DNA from: Ferruginibacter sp. | GTDB taxonomy: Bacteria > Bacteroidota > Bacteroidia > Chitinophagales > Chitinophagaceae | DNA: 54,070 bases | Assembly: GCA_044238165.1 (NCBI GenBank) | Contig: JBIIDU010000001.1 | Span: forward strand, 1 to 54,070 | Direction: 5' to 3' | Part shown: in pieces, positions 29,452 through 38,762 of the stretch | Position numbering within the stretch: position 1 is the first letter of the stretch | Layout of the letters: every line of letters starts with the position of its first letter | The notes under the pieces: model-generated | The model's database searches: none | What the model saw: the letters and a program-made list of their open reading frames with translations, nothing else | Told to the model about the DNA's origin: nothing | Position numbers and translations under genes: made by a program

Positions 29452-30384
29452 TCAGGACAAGTTATAAACGAACCCGTAGCGCAGGGAGGAAACGCAGTCG
29501 TGTGTCTCTTTGAAACGGAGCAAGCCCTCGTTGGGAATTCCGTTTTCTGTGGAAATTCCCAGATCGATGAAAGCAAACTTCAATTCCTTATAATGGTTCC
29601 AGAGCCGGTAGGTGAGAAAATCCATCGCCCGGAGCGGACGGCCCTGCTCGCTGTCGCCCCAAAAAACGGCCTGGATGATGGCAGGGTGCTGCCGGTACAT
29701 AATGGCACCCTCCACAAGTTGCTCCTTGTTGTCATAAACGCTGAAATAATCAACAGGCCAAAGGCTATTCATGCGGTGGATATCCTCGAACTTCATGTGG
29801 ATGGGACGCCCCTGCCGTTGGCGGTTTTCGGCAACCAGTTCATAAATCTGCTCGCACCTGCCGCGCTCTGTTGTTTGTTCAAACCGCAGCTGGTTCCGGA
29901 GGGCCTGCCCCACATATTCGCGGGCCGAGCGCTTTGCAAAATTTCCCCCGAAAGCGGTCAAATCGACCCAGCTGGTGATTTCCGGAGTTTCACATTCAAA
30001 GCCAAGTCTCGTCAGCACATTGACCAGCTTGGCATTCAGCGATGGATGATAGATGTCGGGGGGCAGCGTGAGTTCAAAAGATGCGATGGAATGGCTTCTG
30101 CAAAAACCGATGAGTGACCGCATAAAGTCCATGACCTCGCCCACATAGAGTTTCTCGTGACGAAAATGAAAACCGCCGAACGGTGCTGAAAATGGCGACT
30201 GAAGAGCACCCTTCAGCAGTCCGGCCATCAAACCCATTGACTTGTTCTCAGAGGAAACCAAATGAACAATTTTCTCAACCTTGTGCCGGTTGATGTCAAA
30301 AAATCCGTCTGCAAGAAAGGGATGTGGATCTTCAGGAAAAATGTTCCGGTATTCCGGCTGCTCAACCTCAACAATCATGGACAA
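29452..30384 (-). CDS. GNAT-fold / FemAB-like acyltransferase (paralog 2)
   Basis: SPFSAPFGGF, FWGD, AMDFL, IDLGISTENGIPNEGLLRFKE. Confidence 0.65.
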   Translation of the reverse strand: MSMIVEVEQPEYRNIFPEDPHPFLADGFFDINRHKVEKIVHLVSSENKSMGLMAGLLKGALQSPFSAPFGGFHFRHEKLYVGEVMDFMRSLIGFCRSHSIASFELTLPPDIYHPSLNAKLVNVLTRLGFECETPEITSWVDLTAFGGNFAKRSAREYVGQALRNQLRFEQTTERGRCEQIYELVAENRQRQGRPIHMKFEDIHRMNSLWPVDYFSVYDNKEQLVEGAIMYRQHPAIIQAVFWGDSEQGRPLRAMDFLTYRLWNHYKELKFAFIDLGISTENGIPNEGLLRFKETHDCVSSLRYGFVYNLS

Positions 30385-30512
30385 TCAATTGGATGACAGG
30401 AAATTTTAGGTATACCATCAACTGTTTTCCTGTTTTGTGACTATTGGTACATCCAGCGGTACGATCGGACAGGTTGGGCGTTGATTTATTTACTTCCGGT
30501 ATGAAGTTGAGG

Positions 30513-30542
30513 CAAATATATGAGTAAATTTAATTTGTCAAA
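30513..30542 (-). promoter_or_regulatory. Internal Bacteroidota promoter within the EPS locus
   Basis: Minus strand TTTG-N18-TATATTTG at the upstream edge of a 153-nt intergenic gap. Confidence 0.6.
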
Positions 30543-31668
30543 TAAATTTATTTGTTATTTCTATCACATGTGCCGTTTCGGCTTCATTCATGACCGGACT
30601 GATCGGCAGGCTGAGCACCTCAGCATGGATTTGTTCGGTAAGGGGCAGCGCATCATGGAATTGACCGGCATAGGCCCCCTGGCGGTGCGGCGGAATGGGA
30701 TAGTGGATCAGCGTCTGGATGCCATTGGCTTCCAGATGCTGCTGTAGTTCGTTGCGGCGCGAGCAGCGTACCACAAACAGGTGCCAGACGTGGGACAGGT
30801 CGGTGGACACCGGATAACCGGAAGGCTGCGGCAACACAAGCTGCGGATGTACGATTTCGCGCACATAGCGTTCGGCAATAGTACGGCGCACCTGATTATC
30901 CTGATCGAGCCGCTCCAGCTTCACCGAAAGGGCGGCAGCCTGAATTTCATCGAGTCGGGAGTTGAGTCCCTGATATTGATTCTGGTATTTGACCACCGAT
31001 CCGTAATTCGCAATGGCCCTGATCACAGCGGCAAGTTCCGGATCGCGGGTGGTTACGGCTCCTGCATCGCCCAGCGCCCCCAGATTTTTTCCGGGATAGA
31101 AACTATGGCCCGCCGCATCGCCGATATTTCCGGCTCGCAGAACATTGCCGGTCGCATCCACATATTGTGCGCCTTGCGACTGCGCACTATCCTCGATCAG
31201 CTTCAGGCCATGTTGTTTCACAATGTGGTCGATGCCGGGGTGCATGGCCATGCGGCCATAGAGATGCACCAGCATGATGGCCCGGGTTCTTGGAGTGATG
31301 CGCTCTTCGATACGCTTCGGATCGAGGTTGTAGGTACTGAGGTCGGGCTCCACCAACACCGGAACAAGCCGGTTGTCGGTTATGGCCAGAATAGAAGCGA
31401 TATAGGTGTTGGCAGGTACGATCACTTCGTCGCCCTCCTTCATGAAACCCAATTCCATATAGGCTTTCAGGATGAGTCGCAGGGCATCCAGCCCGTTGGC
31501 TACCCCGATACAATGGGGAGCACCGCAGTAGCGGGCATAGGCATCTTCGAAAACCTTGCATTCATTGCCCAGCAGATACCAGCCTGAGCTTACGGCACGT
31601 TGAACGGCTCCGGACAAGGCAGGTTCAAATGAACGGTTGATGGCTTGTAAATCAAGAAACTTAATCAT
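30538..31668 (-). CDS. DegT family aminotransferase, FdtB/QdtB-like (dTDP-3-amino-3,6-dideoxyhexose transaminase)
   Basis: 376 aa; [46 protein letters not shown]; near two FdtA-like cupins. Confidence 0.88.
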   Translation of the reverse strand: MIKFLDLQAINRSFEPALSGAVQRAVSSGWYLLGNECKVFEDAYARYCGAPHCIGVANGLDALRLILKAYMELGFMKEGDEVIVPANTYIASILAITDNRLVPVLVEPDLSTYNLDPKRIEERITPRTRAIMLVHLYGRMAMHPGIDHIVKQHGLKLIEDSAQSQGAQYVDATGNVLRAGNIGDAAGHSFYPGKNLGALGDAGAVTTRDPELAAVIRAIANYGSVVKYQNQYQGLNSRLDEIQAAALSVKLERLDQDNQVRRTIAERYVREIVHPQLVLPQPSGYPVSTDLSHVWHLFVVRCSRRNELQQHLEANGIQTLIHYPIPPHRQGAYAGQFHDALPLTEQIHAEVLSLPISPVMNEAETAHVIEITNKFI

Positions 31669-32167
31669 CGGATGTTATTTTTTTAATCTCCTCCTCGGTC
31701 ATCATCCGGATCAGCCGGGCCGGTATGCCCCCGATGATCGAGTACGAAGGAAATGAGTCCTTCACAAAACTGCTGGCCGCTACCACGCAGAAATCGCCAA
31801 GCACCACACCCGGCATAAGGATGGCGAAAGCACCTATCCAGCAGTGGTTGCCAATGGCAATCGGCCCTTGCTGCGGCGGAAAAATCCGCTGCATTTTCTG
31901 CGAAGCGTTGGGACCCGAATCGCACATGATGCTCACGTTCTGCGCGATACTGACATGCATGCCGATGGTCACCTTTTCCACAAATCCGTTGATGGTGGAG
32001 TTCATCCCCACGTACGAATGCGCGCCGATTTCAAGCAGATTGTCGGGACCGCCAAAAATGCTGCAGCGTTTCGCAATGCGTACGCCGTCGCGGAGGATGA
32101 CATTGTTCACAGACGTGGATTCATGGATGTCCACGTTGTTCCCCAGGTGGATATTCGCCAATTTCAT
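31661..32167 (-). CDS. Left-handed beta-helix acyltransferase
   Basis: 168 aa; hexapeptide repeats, [16 protein letters not shown]. Confidence 0.85.
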   Translation of the reverse strand: MKLANIHLGNNVDIHESTSVNNVILRDGVRIAKRCSIFGGPDNLLEIGAHSYVGMNSTINGFVEKVTIGMHVSIAQNVSIMCDSGPNASQKMQRIFPPQQGPIAIGNHCWIGAFAILMPGVVLGDFCVVAASSFVKDSFPSYSIIGGIPARLIRMMTEEEIKKITSDD

Positions 32168-32257
32168 ATCAGTCAGATTGGGCTTTGGAGTTAGAATTCA
32201 GGACCGCCTTTGTTCCCTGAAAATTAGAAGAATGTAAGAAAGAGGAACCGGACAAGG

Positions 32258-33199
32258 TCATCCGAGCAGCCGGGTGAAGGTGAATTTCGGACTTATGGAG
32301 CAGCCGATACTTTCCTTGAACTCACACAATCCGAAATTCGGAATGGAGTGCTCGGTGGACGGACCGATATCCACCCATTGCATTTTCATGCCATGGTAAT
32401 GACGGAAAACCTGAAAAGCCAGAAAGTTCATGGTTTTCAACTGCGCGAATTCCGGAAGGTCGCCCCAGTAAATCACCTGCACAATACCCGGGGCCACGTG
32501 AAAAACGATGGCTGAGGCCACCGGCAGTCCTTCGGGATTCTTTACCAGAAAAAAATCGGCCTGTATATGGGCAAGGGTTGCTTCCACCTGCTCCCAGCTC
32601 ATACGAAGGGGGAAGCCTCGGCTGGCGCGATTCTGGCGGATGACCTCATAGGCCGTTCGCTGTTCCGCAGGTGTGCCGCATATCCGGAAATCGAAGTGCT
32701 GGCTCTCCGCTATCCGAAGGTTTTTACGCGCGTTGTACCAGATGGTACCTGCATAATCTTCACCGAAGGAGCTGCTGGCGTAGGCATAGTTCAGTTCTAT
32801 GGATCCGATGGTGAAACCGTTGCGATACAGGCAATTGATCTGCTTGGCGATGAAGCTTTGATGGTAGAAGTCGGGGGGCAGGGTCAGGTGGATTGAGCCG
32901 ATGTTTTGACCCCTGGCCCAGTCTACGAGTAGCACCAGCGCCTCGTCAATGCAGCCCAACCGCACGTCTTCGTGCAGGAAACTGAAGCCGCCAAAGGGCG
33001 CCGAAAAGGGAGAAAGCAGCTGGTCGCCCCGCCTCCCGCATACCAGCCCCAGCCGGTATTTGCTGTCCTTGAACAGCAGAAAGTGAAGGGCATCGCATTT
33101 GTCGCTGTTCAACCCGTTGAATCCGGCACTGCCGAATACCTGGTAGGGATGGGCCAGCAACCTTGCATATTGTCCGGCATCTACTTCAATGATTTCCAT
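32258..33199 (-). CDS. GNAT-fold / FemAB-like acyltransferase (paralog 1)
   Basis: 313 aa; SPFSAPFGGF, ARKNLRIA, YWGD, TMNFL, DIGPSTEHSIPNFGLCEFKESIG. Confidence 0.65.
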   Translation of the reverse strand: MEIIEVDAGQYARLLAHPYQVFGSAGFNGLNSDKCDALHFLLFKDSKYRLGLVCGRRGDQLLSPFSAPFGGFSFLHEDVRLGCIDEALVLLVDWARGQNIGSIHLTLPPDFYHQSFIAKQINCLYRNGFTIGSIELNYAYASSSFGEDYAGTIWYNARKNLRIAESQHFDFRICGTPAEQRTAYEVIRQNRASRGFPLRMSWEQVEATLAHIQADFFLVKNPEGLPVASAIVFHVAPGIVQVIYWGDLPEFAQLKTMNFLAFQVFRHYHGMKMQWVDIGPSTEHSIPNFGLCEFKESIGCSISPKFTFTRLLG

Positions 33200-33600
33200 G
33201 CGCGGAAAGTTGGATAGTCACGAATATAATCATCCTCGCTGTAGGTAAGTGAAGCAAGAACAAGGCAAATGGAGCCGGAAGAAAAATTATCGAGCTCCCG
33301 CCAGATGCCTGGAGGCATGTAAAGGCCCGTATAAGGGCGGTTCAGATGTATGCGCCGCTTTTCGGCACCGTCATCGATGATGATGTCGAAACTGCCACTC
33401 GCCGCAAGAATCAGCTGCTGCAGGTCTTTGTGCGCATGACCGCCCCTTGCCTCCCCGCCCGGCACATCAAACAGATAGTACACGCGGGATATGGAAAAAG
33501 GAATCTCAGCCAGATTGTTTACAGCGGTGATGCTTCCAGCGGGATTGTAGATACGCGGAAGGTCAAGCAACCGGCAGTCATGTATGCTATTGCTGTTCAT
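33181..33600 (-). CDS. FdtA/QdtA/WxcM-like cupin (dTDP-4-keto-6-deoxyglucose 3,4-ketoisomerase)
   Basis: RVYYLFDVPGGEARGGHAHK, GSFD, WREL, DYIRDY; ATG at 33600. Confidence 0.88.
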   Translation of the reverse strand: MNSNSIHDCRLLDLPRIYNPAGSITAVNNLAEIPFSISRVYYLFDVPGGEARGGHAHKDLQQLILAASGSFDIIIDDGAEKRRIHLNRPYTGLYMPPGIWRELDNFSSGSICLVLASLTYSEDDYIRDYPTFRAWKSLK

Positions 33601-33994
33601 GGCCGAGTTGCCTGAATTGATTGAAATCACGGATATAGTCCTCCGCCATAAAGGCATGGCTGGAAAGATGCAAACCCAATGCGTTGGTGGAAAAATTCTC
33701 CATTCTTCGCCAGGTCATCGGCGGCAGATAAAGTCCGTAATAACTCCTGTTCAGGGAAAAGCATTTCTCGAAACCGGATGCATCGGTGATGATCACATCA
33801 AAGCTTCCGCTCAGGGCGATGATGACTTCCTGCTGTTGGCGGTATGCATGGGCTCCTCTGATTTCGCCACCGGGAACATCATAGGTCCAGAAAACACGGG
33901 CTATTGGGAATGGAACCTGCCCGGGATTTTGCAGAAACGTAAGATTGCCTCTGGGATCCGAAATCTTGGGAAATGTCAATAGTTGCAACTCCAT
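33587..33994 (-). CDS. FdtA/WxcM-like cupin (second copy)
   Basis: 135 aa; DPRGNL, RVFWTYDVPGGEIRGAHAY, DYIRD. Confidence 0.85.
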   Translation of the reverse strand: MELQLLTFPKISDPRGNLTFLQNPGQVPFPIARVFWTYDVPGGEIRGAHAYRQQQEVIIALSGSFDVIITDASGFEKCFSLNRSYYGLYLPPMTWRRMENFSTNALGLHLSSHAFMAEDYIRDFNQFRQLGHEQQ

Positions 33995-34051
33995 AATTCA
34001 GGGGAAGAAAGAAGACGAAGGACCTCTTCCGGAAAAATCGTGCCGGATGAT

Positions 34052-36493
34052 TTAACGAGGTTTGAACAGCTTTGAAAAGAATCTTTTGAAGCCAAAGCGA
34101 CCCTTCTTCTTTTGCTCTTCTACAGTATAGCCGTAGCCGTACCCATAGCCATAGCCATAGCCATAGCCATAGCCGTAGCCGTAGCCATAGCCATAGCTAT
34201 AGCTGCTTCCGTAACCAAGAATCTTTTTGTTGACGATGCCGTTGAATACCAGGTTGATGTTGGGAAGGGCTTTTTTCTGGTACACGTCGTTGATGAGGTT
34301 CAGGTATACCTGATGGGTATAGTTGTGGCGTACGATATAGAGGGTGGCATCGGCAAAGCCGCCGAGGATTTTCGCATCCGTCACAGCCGCGATGGGCGGC
34401 GAGTCAATGACGATGTAGTCAAATTTCGTTTTCAGGTAGGTAATCAGTTCGGCAAGACGATGGCCGGTCATCAACTCGGTTGGATTGGGGGGAACCGGTC
34501 CGGAAGATATTACGGAAAGATTGGAAAACGAGGTATTAGGCTGTATGATACTTGCCGCATCCACGCTGCCGACAAGATAGTTGCTCAAACCCACATCCCT
34601 CGTTGCGCCAAGAGGCTTGCTGATCTTGGGTTTACGAAGGTCAAATTCAAGCAATACGACCCGGTCTCCGGTAAGGCTGAGGCTGATTGCCGTATTGACC
34701 GTAATGAACGATTTTCCCTCGCGGGGAACGGATGAAGTGACCAGTACGACCTTGCAGTGATCTTTGGCATTGGCGGTGATGTAGTTGATGTTCGTCCTCA
34801 GTTCGCGAAACTGCTCTGCAATCAGGGTGCGCTTGGTTTCACCGGTCACAATGTTCAGCGTATCTCCCTGCCCCTCGGAATAGATCATCTCGGCTACGAC
34901 CGGTGTTTTGAGGTTACTTTCCAGTTGAGAGCGGAAGAGGATTTTCTTTTTGGAAAATTCACGGAAATAGATGAAGAGGATGGCGAGACCCAAACCTGCC
35001 AGTAATCCGATGGTGTAATACTGGTTGGGAACAGGGGAAATGACCCCGCCTTTCTCCGGCTTTTCGAGCACCCTGTAGTTGGCCACGGCCGATGCGGCGG
35101 ATATGGCCGACTCTTCGCGTTTTTGCAGCAGGAAGGTATAGATGGCGTTTTTCACCGCCTGCTGGCGGCTGATATCCATAAGCAGGCGCTCCTTCAGGGG
35201 CATGCTCTGCATGGCGGCAGAGAGCTTGGCATTGTCGCTTTGCAGTACCTGCTTGCGCGACCGGATCGCCATCCGCAGATTGGAGAGGCTGGTCATGATG
35301 CTGGGGCGCAACCGGCTGATGGCTTCTTCGATCACCTCCACCTGCTGGTTCTTTGCACCGGATATCTGCTTGATCTTCTCCAGTTCGAATTCAGCCTGAT
35401 AGAGTTGCCCGAGCAGATTGGTGAGCACCGGATCGGTAAGCCCCAATGTTGCCGGAATGGGCACGGCCGATTTGTTTCGTTTAGTCACATAATCATCGAT
35501 CTGCTTCAGCACATCCTCCTGGATATCCACTTCACTGATCTTGCTGTCAAGATCTTTCATCCGCGCGAAATAGACCTCCCCTTCCCGGGAAATGTCGGTA
35601 ATGCCCTGGTTGGTTTTGAAAGACTGGAGGTCCTTTTCCACACCCGCGAGTTCGTCCGACACCAGACGGAGCCGCTCATCCAGAAATTTCTGGGCATTCA
35701 GGAAAATCTGGTTTTTGTAGTCGATGGCATTCAGGCCGTAGATCTTTACCAGGGTGTTGAGCACCGCAACCCCTCTGTCAGGAATGATGTCGCGATAAGT
35801 AAGATCAATGATGGAGGAGCCCTTGGATATGGGATTGGCAGTCAGGCTCGATTTCATCAACGACACGCTCTGCGAAAGCGGCTGGACGGTGATCAGGTAT
35901 TTCTTGCCCATGCTTTTGGGGCCCCGGTAATTGCTGTTGACGGTCCAGCGGATGTTACCCACATTGGTGGATACAAAGGAATCGAGCGGATAGACCTCAC
36001 CGTTGAAACGCACCTTGTTTTCGAGCAGTTCGGCTTCGGCAACCAGTGTCTGCTGGATGGTATCCGGATTTTCCAGTTCCATCCGGAACAGGGTATTGTC
36101 GTAGAAATAGGTGTTGCGGAGTTTACCCTTTTGGGAGTAGAGGATATTGAGTTGAAGACTGGCGGCTACCTTTTTCAGCAATTCCTTGGAGGTCAGAATC
36201 TGTATCTCACGTTCGGTTTCCTGCGTCACATCGCGGGCATCGAACTTCATAATTTCGCTAAGGTTGGTGGTTTTGCTTTCGGTGTTGTCGTTGACCACCA
36301 CACGCGACTTGGACGAGTAAACCGGAATCTGGTACCGAAGTACGACTTTGGCGACCAGAAGTCCGGCAAGGGCGGCAAGCACAATCAGCGGCCAGAAAGG
36401 CAGCAGCCTGTAGATGAACTGCTGAATCTTCTCGCCCTCGTCGGCTATCTGCTGCTGTTCGGCCAGTTCCAGTTTTTCACTCTCTGTAGACAT
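34052..36493 (-). CDS. wzc: Polysaccharide co-polymerase / BY tyrosine kinase
   Basis: 813 aa; two TMs around a coiled-coil periplasmic domain, AEQFRELRTN, Walker A SSVPREGKS, DLRKP, Walker B IVIDSPP, C-terminal Tyr cluster. Confidence 0.95.
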   Translation of the reverse strand: MSTESEKLELAEQQQIADEGEKIQQFIYRLLPFWPLIVLAALAGLLVAKVVLRYQIPVYSSKSRVVVNDNTESKTTNLSEIMKFDARDVTQETEREIQILTSKELLKKVAASLQLNILYSQKGKLRNTYFYDNTLFRMELENPDTIQQTLVAEAELLENKVRFNGEVYPLDSFVSTNVGNIRWTVNSNYRGPKSMGKKYLITVQPLSQSVSLMKSSLTANPISKGSSIIDLTYRDIIPDRGVAVLNTLVKIYGLNAIDYKNQIFLNAQKFLDERLRLVSDELAGVEKDLQSFKTNQGITDISREGEVYFARMKDLDSKISEVDIQEDVLKQIDDYVTKRNKSAVPIPATLGLTDPVLTNLLGQLYQAEFELEKIKQISGAKNQQVEVIEEAISRLRPSIMTSLSNLRMAIRSRKQVLQSDNAKLSAAMQSMPLKERLLMDISRQQAVKNAIYTFLLQKREESAISAASAVANYRVLEKPEKGGVISPVPNQYYTIGLLAGLGLAILFIYFREFSKKKILFRSQLESNLKTPVVAEMIYSEGQGDTLNIVTGETKRTLIAEQFRELRTNINYITANAKDHCKVVLVTSSVPREGKSFITVNTAISLSLTGDRVVLLEFDLRKPKISKPLGATRDVGLSNYLVGSVDAASIIQPNTSFSNLSVISSGPVPPNPTELMTGHRLAELITYLKTKFDYIVIDSPPIAAVTDAKILGGFADATLYIVRHNYTHQVYLNLINDVYQKKALPNINLVFNGIVNKKILGYGSSYSYGYGYGYGYGYGYGYGYGYGYGYTVEEQKKKGRFGFKRFFSKLFKPR
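34127..34213 (-). repeat. In-frame hexanucleotide tandem repeat (GGCTAY)n encoding Y(GY)11 in the Wzc tail
   Basis: Plus strand ATAGCC/GTAGCC units, with a run of five identical ATAGCC units; 14 Tyr in 29 residues. Confidence 0.95.
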
Positions 36494-36505
36494 TAGACCG
36501 TTATA

Positions 36506-37297
36506 TTATTTTTGAATAAGGTTGATGGTGGTGAGTATGAGCGACAACCCCACCGCGATGATGCCGATGTACTGGGGTACCCCGTTGCGGGATATGTATC
36601 GGGAAGAAAGGGGTTCCACATAAACCACATCGTTGTTCCTCAGGTAGAAATAGGGCGATTTGAAAAAGTCGGACCTGAGCATATTCACGCGGCCAAACAG
36701 CCGCTGGCCATTCTCTTCGCGAATGACAAGCACATTGCCCGATTTGCCGAACAGGCCGATGTCGCCCGCCTGGGCAACAGCTTCCAGAAGCGTGAACCGT
36801 TCGTTGGGCATGTTGATTCGTCCGGGCCGGGCAACTTCCCCCAAAACAGAAACCACATAATTCAGGAATTTGATGCTCACCACCGGATTCTTGGTGTAGT
36901 CCCGAAGTTTCTCGGCCAGTGTATCCTGCAGGGCGAGCCGGCTGAGTCCTTCCGCTTTGATCCGGCCCAGATAGGGCAGTTCGATTTTTCCGTCCGACTC
37001 CACCAGATATCCGATTACACCCGGCGTAACTATGGCGGAATTCTGCGGAATGTTTTGGGCTCCGTTGAAAACCGGCAGATCGGCGAGGTTGCTTCCCGAA
37101 ACCGTTATCTGCAACTGGTCGTTTTTTTGGATGGGATTTTCAAAAATGATCTTTGGTTGTTCCAGCTTACCGGAGGCGGAATCACTAAGATCGTTCATGT
37201 AAACCACCTTTTTCGGGGATACGCAAGAACCCAGCAGGATAATCAACCCTACAAAGCCTGAAAGGATGGCGTTTATTTCTTTGACATGCCTGTTCAT
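36506..37297 (-). CDS. wza: Polysaccharide export outer-membrane lipoprotein
   Basis: 263 aa; lipobox LLGSC, YLVESDGKIELPYLG (PES), SLBB VLGEV..PG, LRNNDVVYVEP. Confidence 0.93.
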   Translation of the reverse strand: MNRHVKEINAILSGFVGLIILLGSCVSPKKVVYMNDLSDSASGKLEQPKIIFENPIQKNDQLQITVSGSNLADLPVFNGAQNIPQNSAIVTPGVIGYLVESDGKIELPYLGRIKAEGLSRLALQDTLAEKLRDYTKNPVVSIKFLNYVVSVLGEVARPGRINMPNERFTLLEAVAQAGDIGLFGKSGNVLVIREENGQRLFGRVNMLRSDFFKSPYFYLRNNDVVYVEPLSSRYISRNGVPQYIGIIAVGLSLILTTINLIQK

Positions 37298-37513
37298 GAT
37301 GTCTATTTAAGTCTGAATCGCTTCAGGATGATACGGCTTCGCCGACCCTGAGTCACATCCGGGATTGCCATTTTGGCAAAATGACGTGGAAATGTGCCCG
37401 AGAATCGACCTTCCCGATGATGAGCGCACAGATTTTCGGAGGATAAATGATTCCGGACCGGTCTCCGGGAAGGGTATTGTAAACCAGTTTATTCCGACGC
37501 TTGTTTTGGTGCG

Positions 37514-37521
37514 CAAATGTA
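37514..37521 (-). promoter_or_regulatory. Putative -7 promoter element of the EPS operon
   Basis: TACATTTG on the minus strand ~215 nt before wza; no canonically spaced -33 TTTG. Confidence 0.5.
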
Positions 37522-37627
37522 CCGCTTTTTTAGGTGATTCACTGTGCAAAAGGCCCCGAATAAGGCTGTTTGTAACACAATTGCCGACCGGAAACATCCG
37601 AATTGGGGGAGCCGCATCTTGAAGCGG

Positions 37628-38092
37628 TCAACCGGCAGTATCCTCCGGTTTATCCGGGGTGGAGCGGCTTACCGATACGGGCTTGCCCCGCTCGATGAAA
37701 TAATAGTTGATCAGCCAAAAAATCACAAAAGGCAACGGAGTTGCCAGACGCGATACGGAAGAGTAATAATTGGGAATGATCACATCGAGCCGATAGGTGT
37801 TTCCAAAAAACTGGACAGTGCCGATACGGTCTGCCAAAACGATTATCAGGAACCGGAGCAGCCATAGGGCCGTATAGATGATCAGAAAAACAGAAAATTG
37901 TTTTTTGGCAACAGTGAGTCGAAGGGCTATCAGGCCCCCAGCTATCGTGAATAACATCATGGGATTGTGCAGCTGCGTCCTGCTGTCGTTCAACGGATTG
38001 ACATAGTGCTCAATTCCCAGATATTTCAGCAGCAAGGAACACAGAAGCAGTCCGAACAGATAACCGATAAGCACTTTAACCGCTTTTCTCAT
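37628..38092 (-). CDS. Exosortase-associated small membrane protein (4 TM)
   Basis: 154 aa from ATG 38092 (MRKAVKV), overlapping the exosortase stop by 17 nt; four hydrophobic segments. Confidence 0.6.
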   Translation of the reverse strand: MRKAVKVLIGYLFGLLLCSLLLKYLGIEHYVNPLNDSRTQLHNPMMLFTIAGGLIALRLTVAKKQFSVFLIIYTALWLLRFLIIVLADRIGTVQFFGNTYRLDVIIPNYYSSVSRLATPLPFVIFWLINYYFIERGKPVSVSRSTPDKPEDTAG

Positions 38093-38645
38093 GAAGGCGG
38101 TTTTTAATGAAAAGGATCCACCCTGAAAAAATGAGCGCATACATCAACAGGGTGAACAGATAGTGATGGCTGAAATCGAAGATGCCCCGGCTATACCGAA
38201 AAATGAAATACAGGCTTACGATGCGGATGATATTGAATACAACCAGCAGGATGTTGCCCAAAGTAAGGAAAGCCAGCTTACGACGGATGGTGTTGGGAAG
38301 CAGGATAATCACGGCCGAATAGATGAACATGAGATCGATTCCGTTACAGGCATCCATTATTCCAAAAACACGCTTACCGTCCTGAACCAGTAAGGTCCCC
38401 GGATGGTGGAGATCATTGACCCAATTGGTGACGGGCACACCTGACGGGGAAAAGAAATTGATGATACTGGCTGAAACCGCGGCAATGAATTGAGTCAGTG
38501 GCTGGTCGATCACCCGTCCGGGATAAAGCAGCAGGTTATAAACGAGGAACCACGCTGAACAAATCAGTAAAAGGGAAATGAAGAAGCGCACAACCAGCCG
38601 TTTGCGGTTGTCTGTCTGTGTACCCGATATCCTATCAGCAGGCAT
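38076..38645 (-). CDS. Exosortase/archaeosortase family transpeptidase
   Basis: Membrane protein with the Cys-Arg-His triad in family-typical context: IMDACNG, FNIIRI, FDFSHHYLF. Confidence 0.85.
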   Translation of the reverse strand: MPADRISGTQTDNRKRLVVRFFISLLLICSAWFLVYNLLLYPGRVIDQPLTQFIAAVSASIINFFSPSGVPVTNWVNDLHHPGTLLVQDGKRVFGIMDACNGIDLMFIYSAVIILLPNTIRRKLAFLTLGNILLVVFNIIRIVSLYFIFRYSRGIFDFSHHYLFTLLMYALIFSGWILFIKNRLHEKSG

Positions 38646-38762
38646 GTGCACGCTTTAACAATTTCACAAGTTCAATCACATGAACCCGACAACCGAATAC
38701 CCGATTCTATGGGGGATGATACCCATAAACAAAATCTCAGGATGGATCGGCCCGGACTTATT

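Noticed and set aside
35123-36496. Long plus-strand ORFs opposite real genes (e.g. 457 aa here; also 8242-9243, 40948-42027 minus, 45735-46706)
   Set aside because: Antisense shadows of well-supported genes caused by codon bias; no recognisable motifs
37307-37622. Small ORFs between the exosortase partner and wza as possible exosortase substrates
   Set aside because: No signal peptide or C-terminal TM; region looks like promoter and leader
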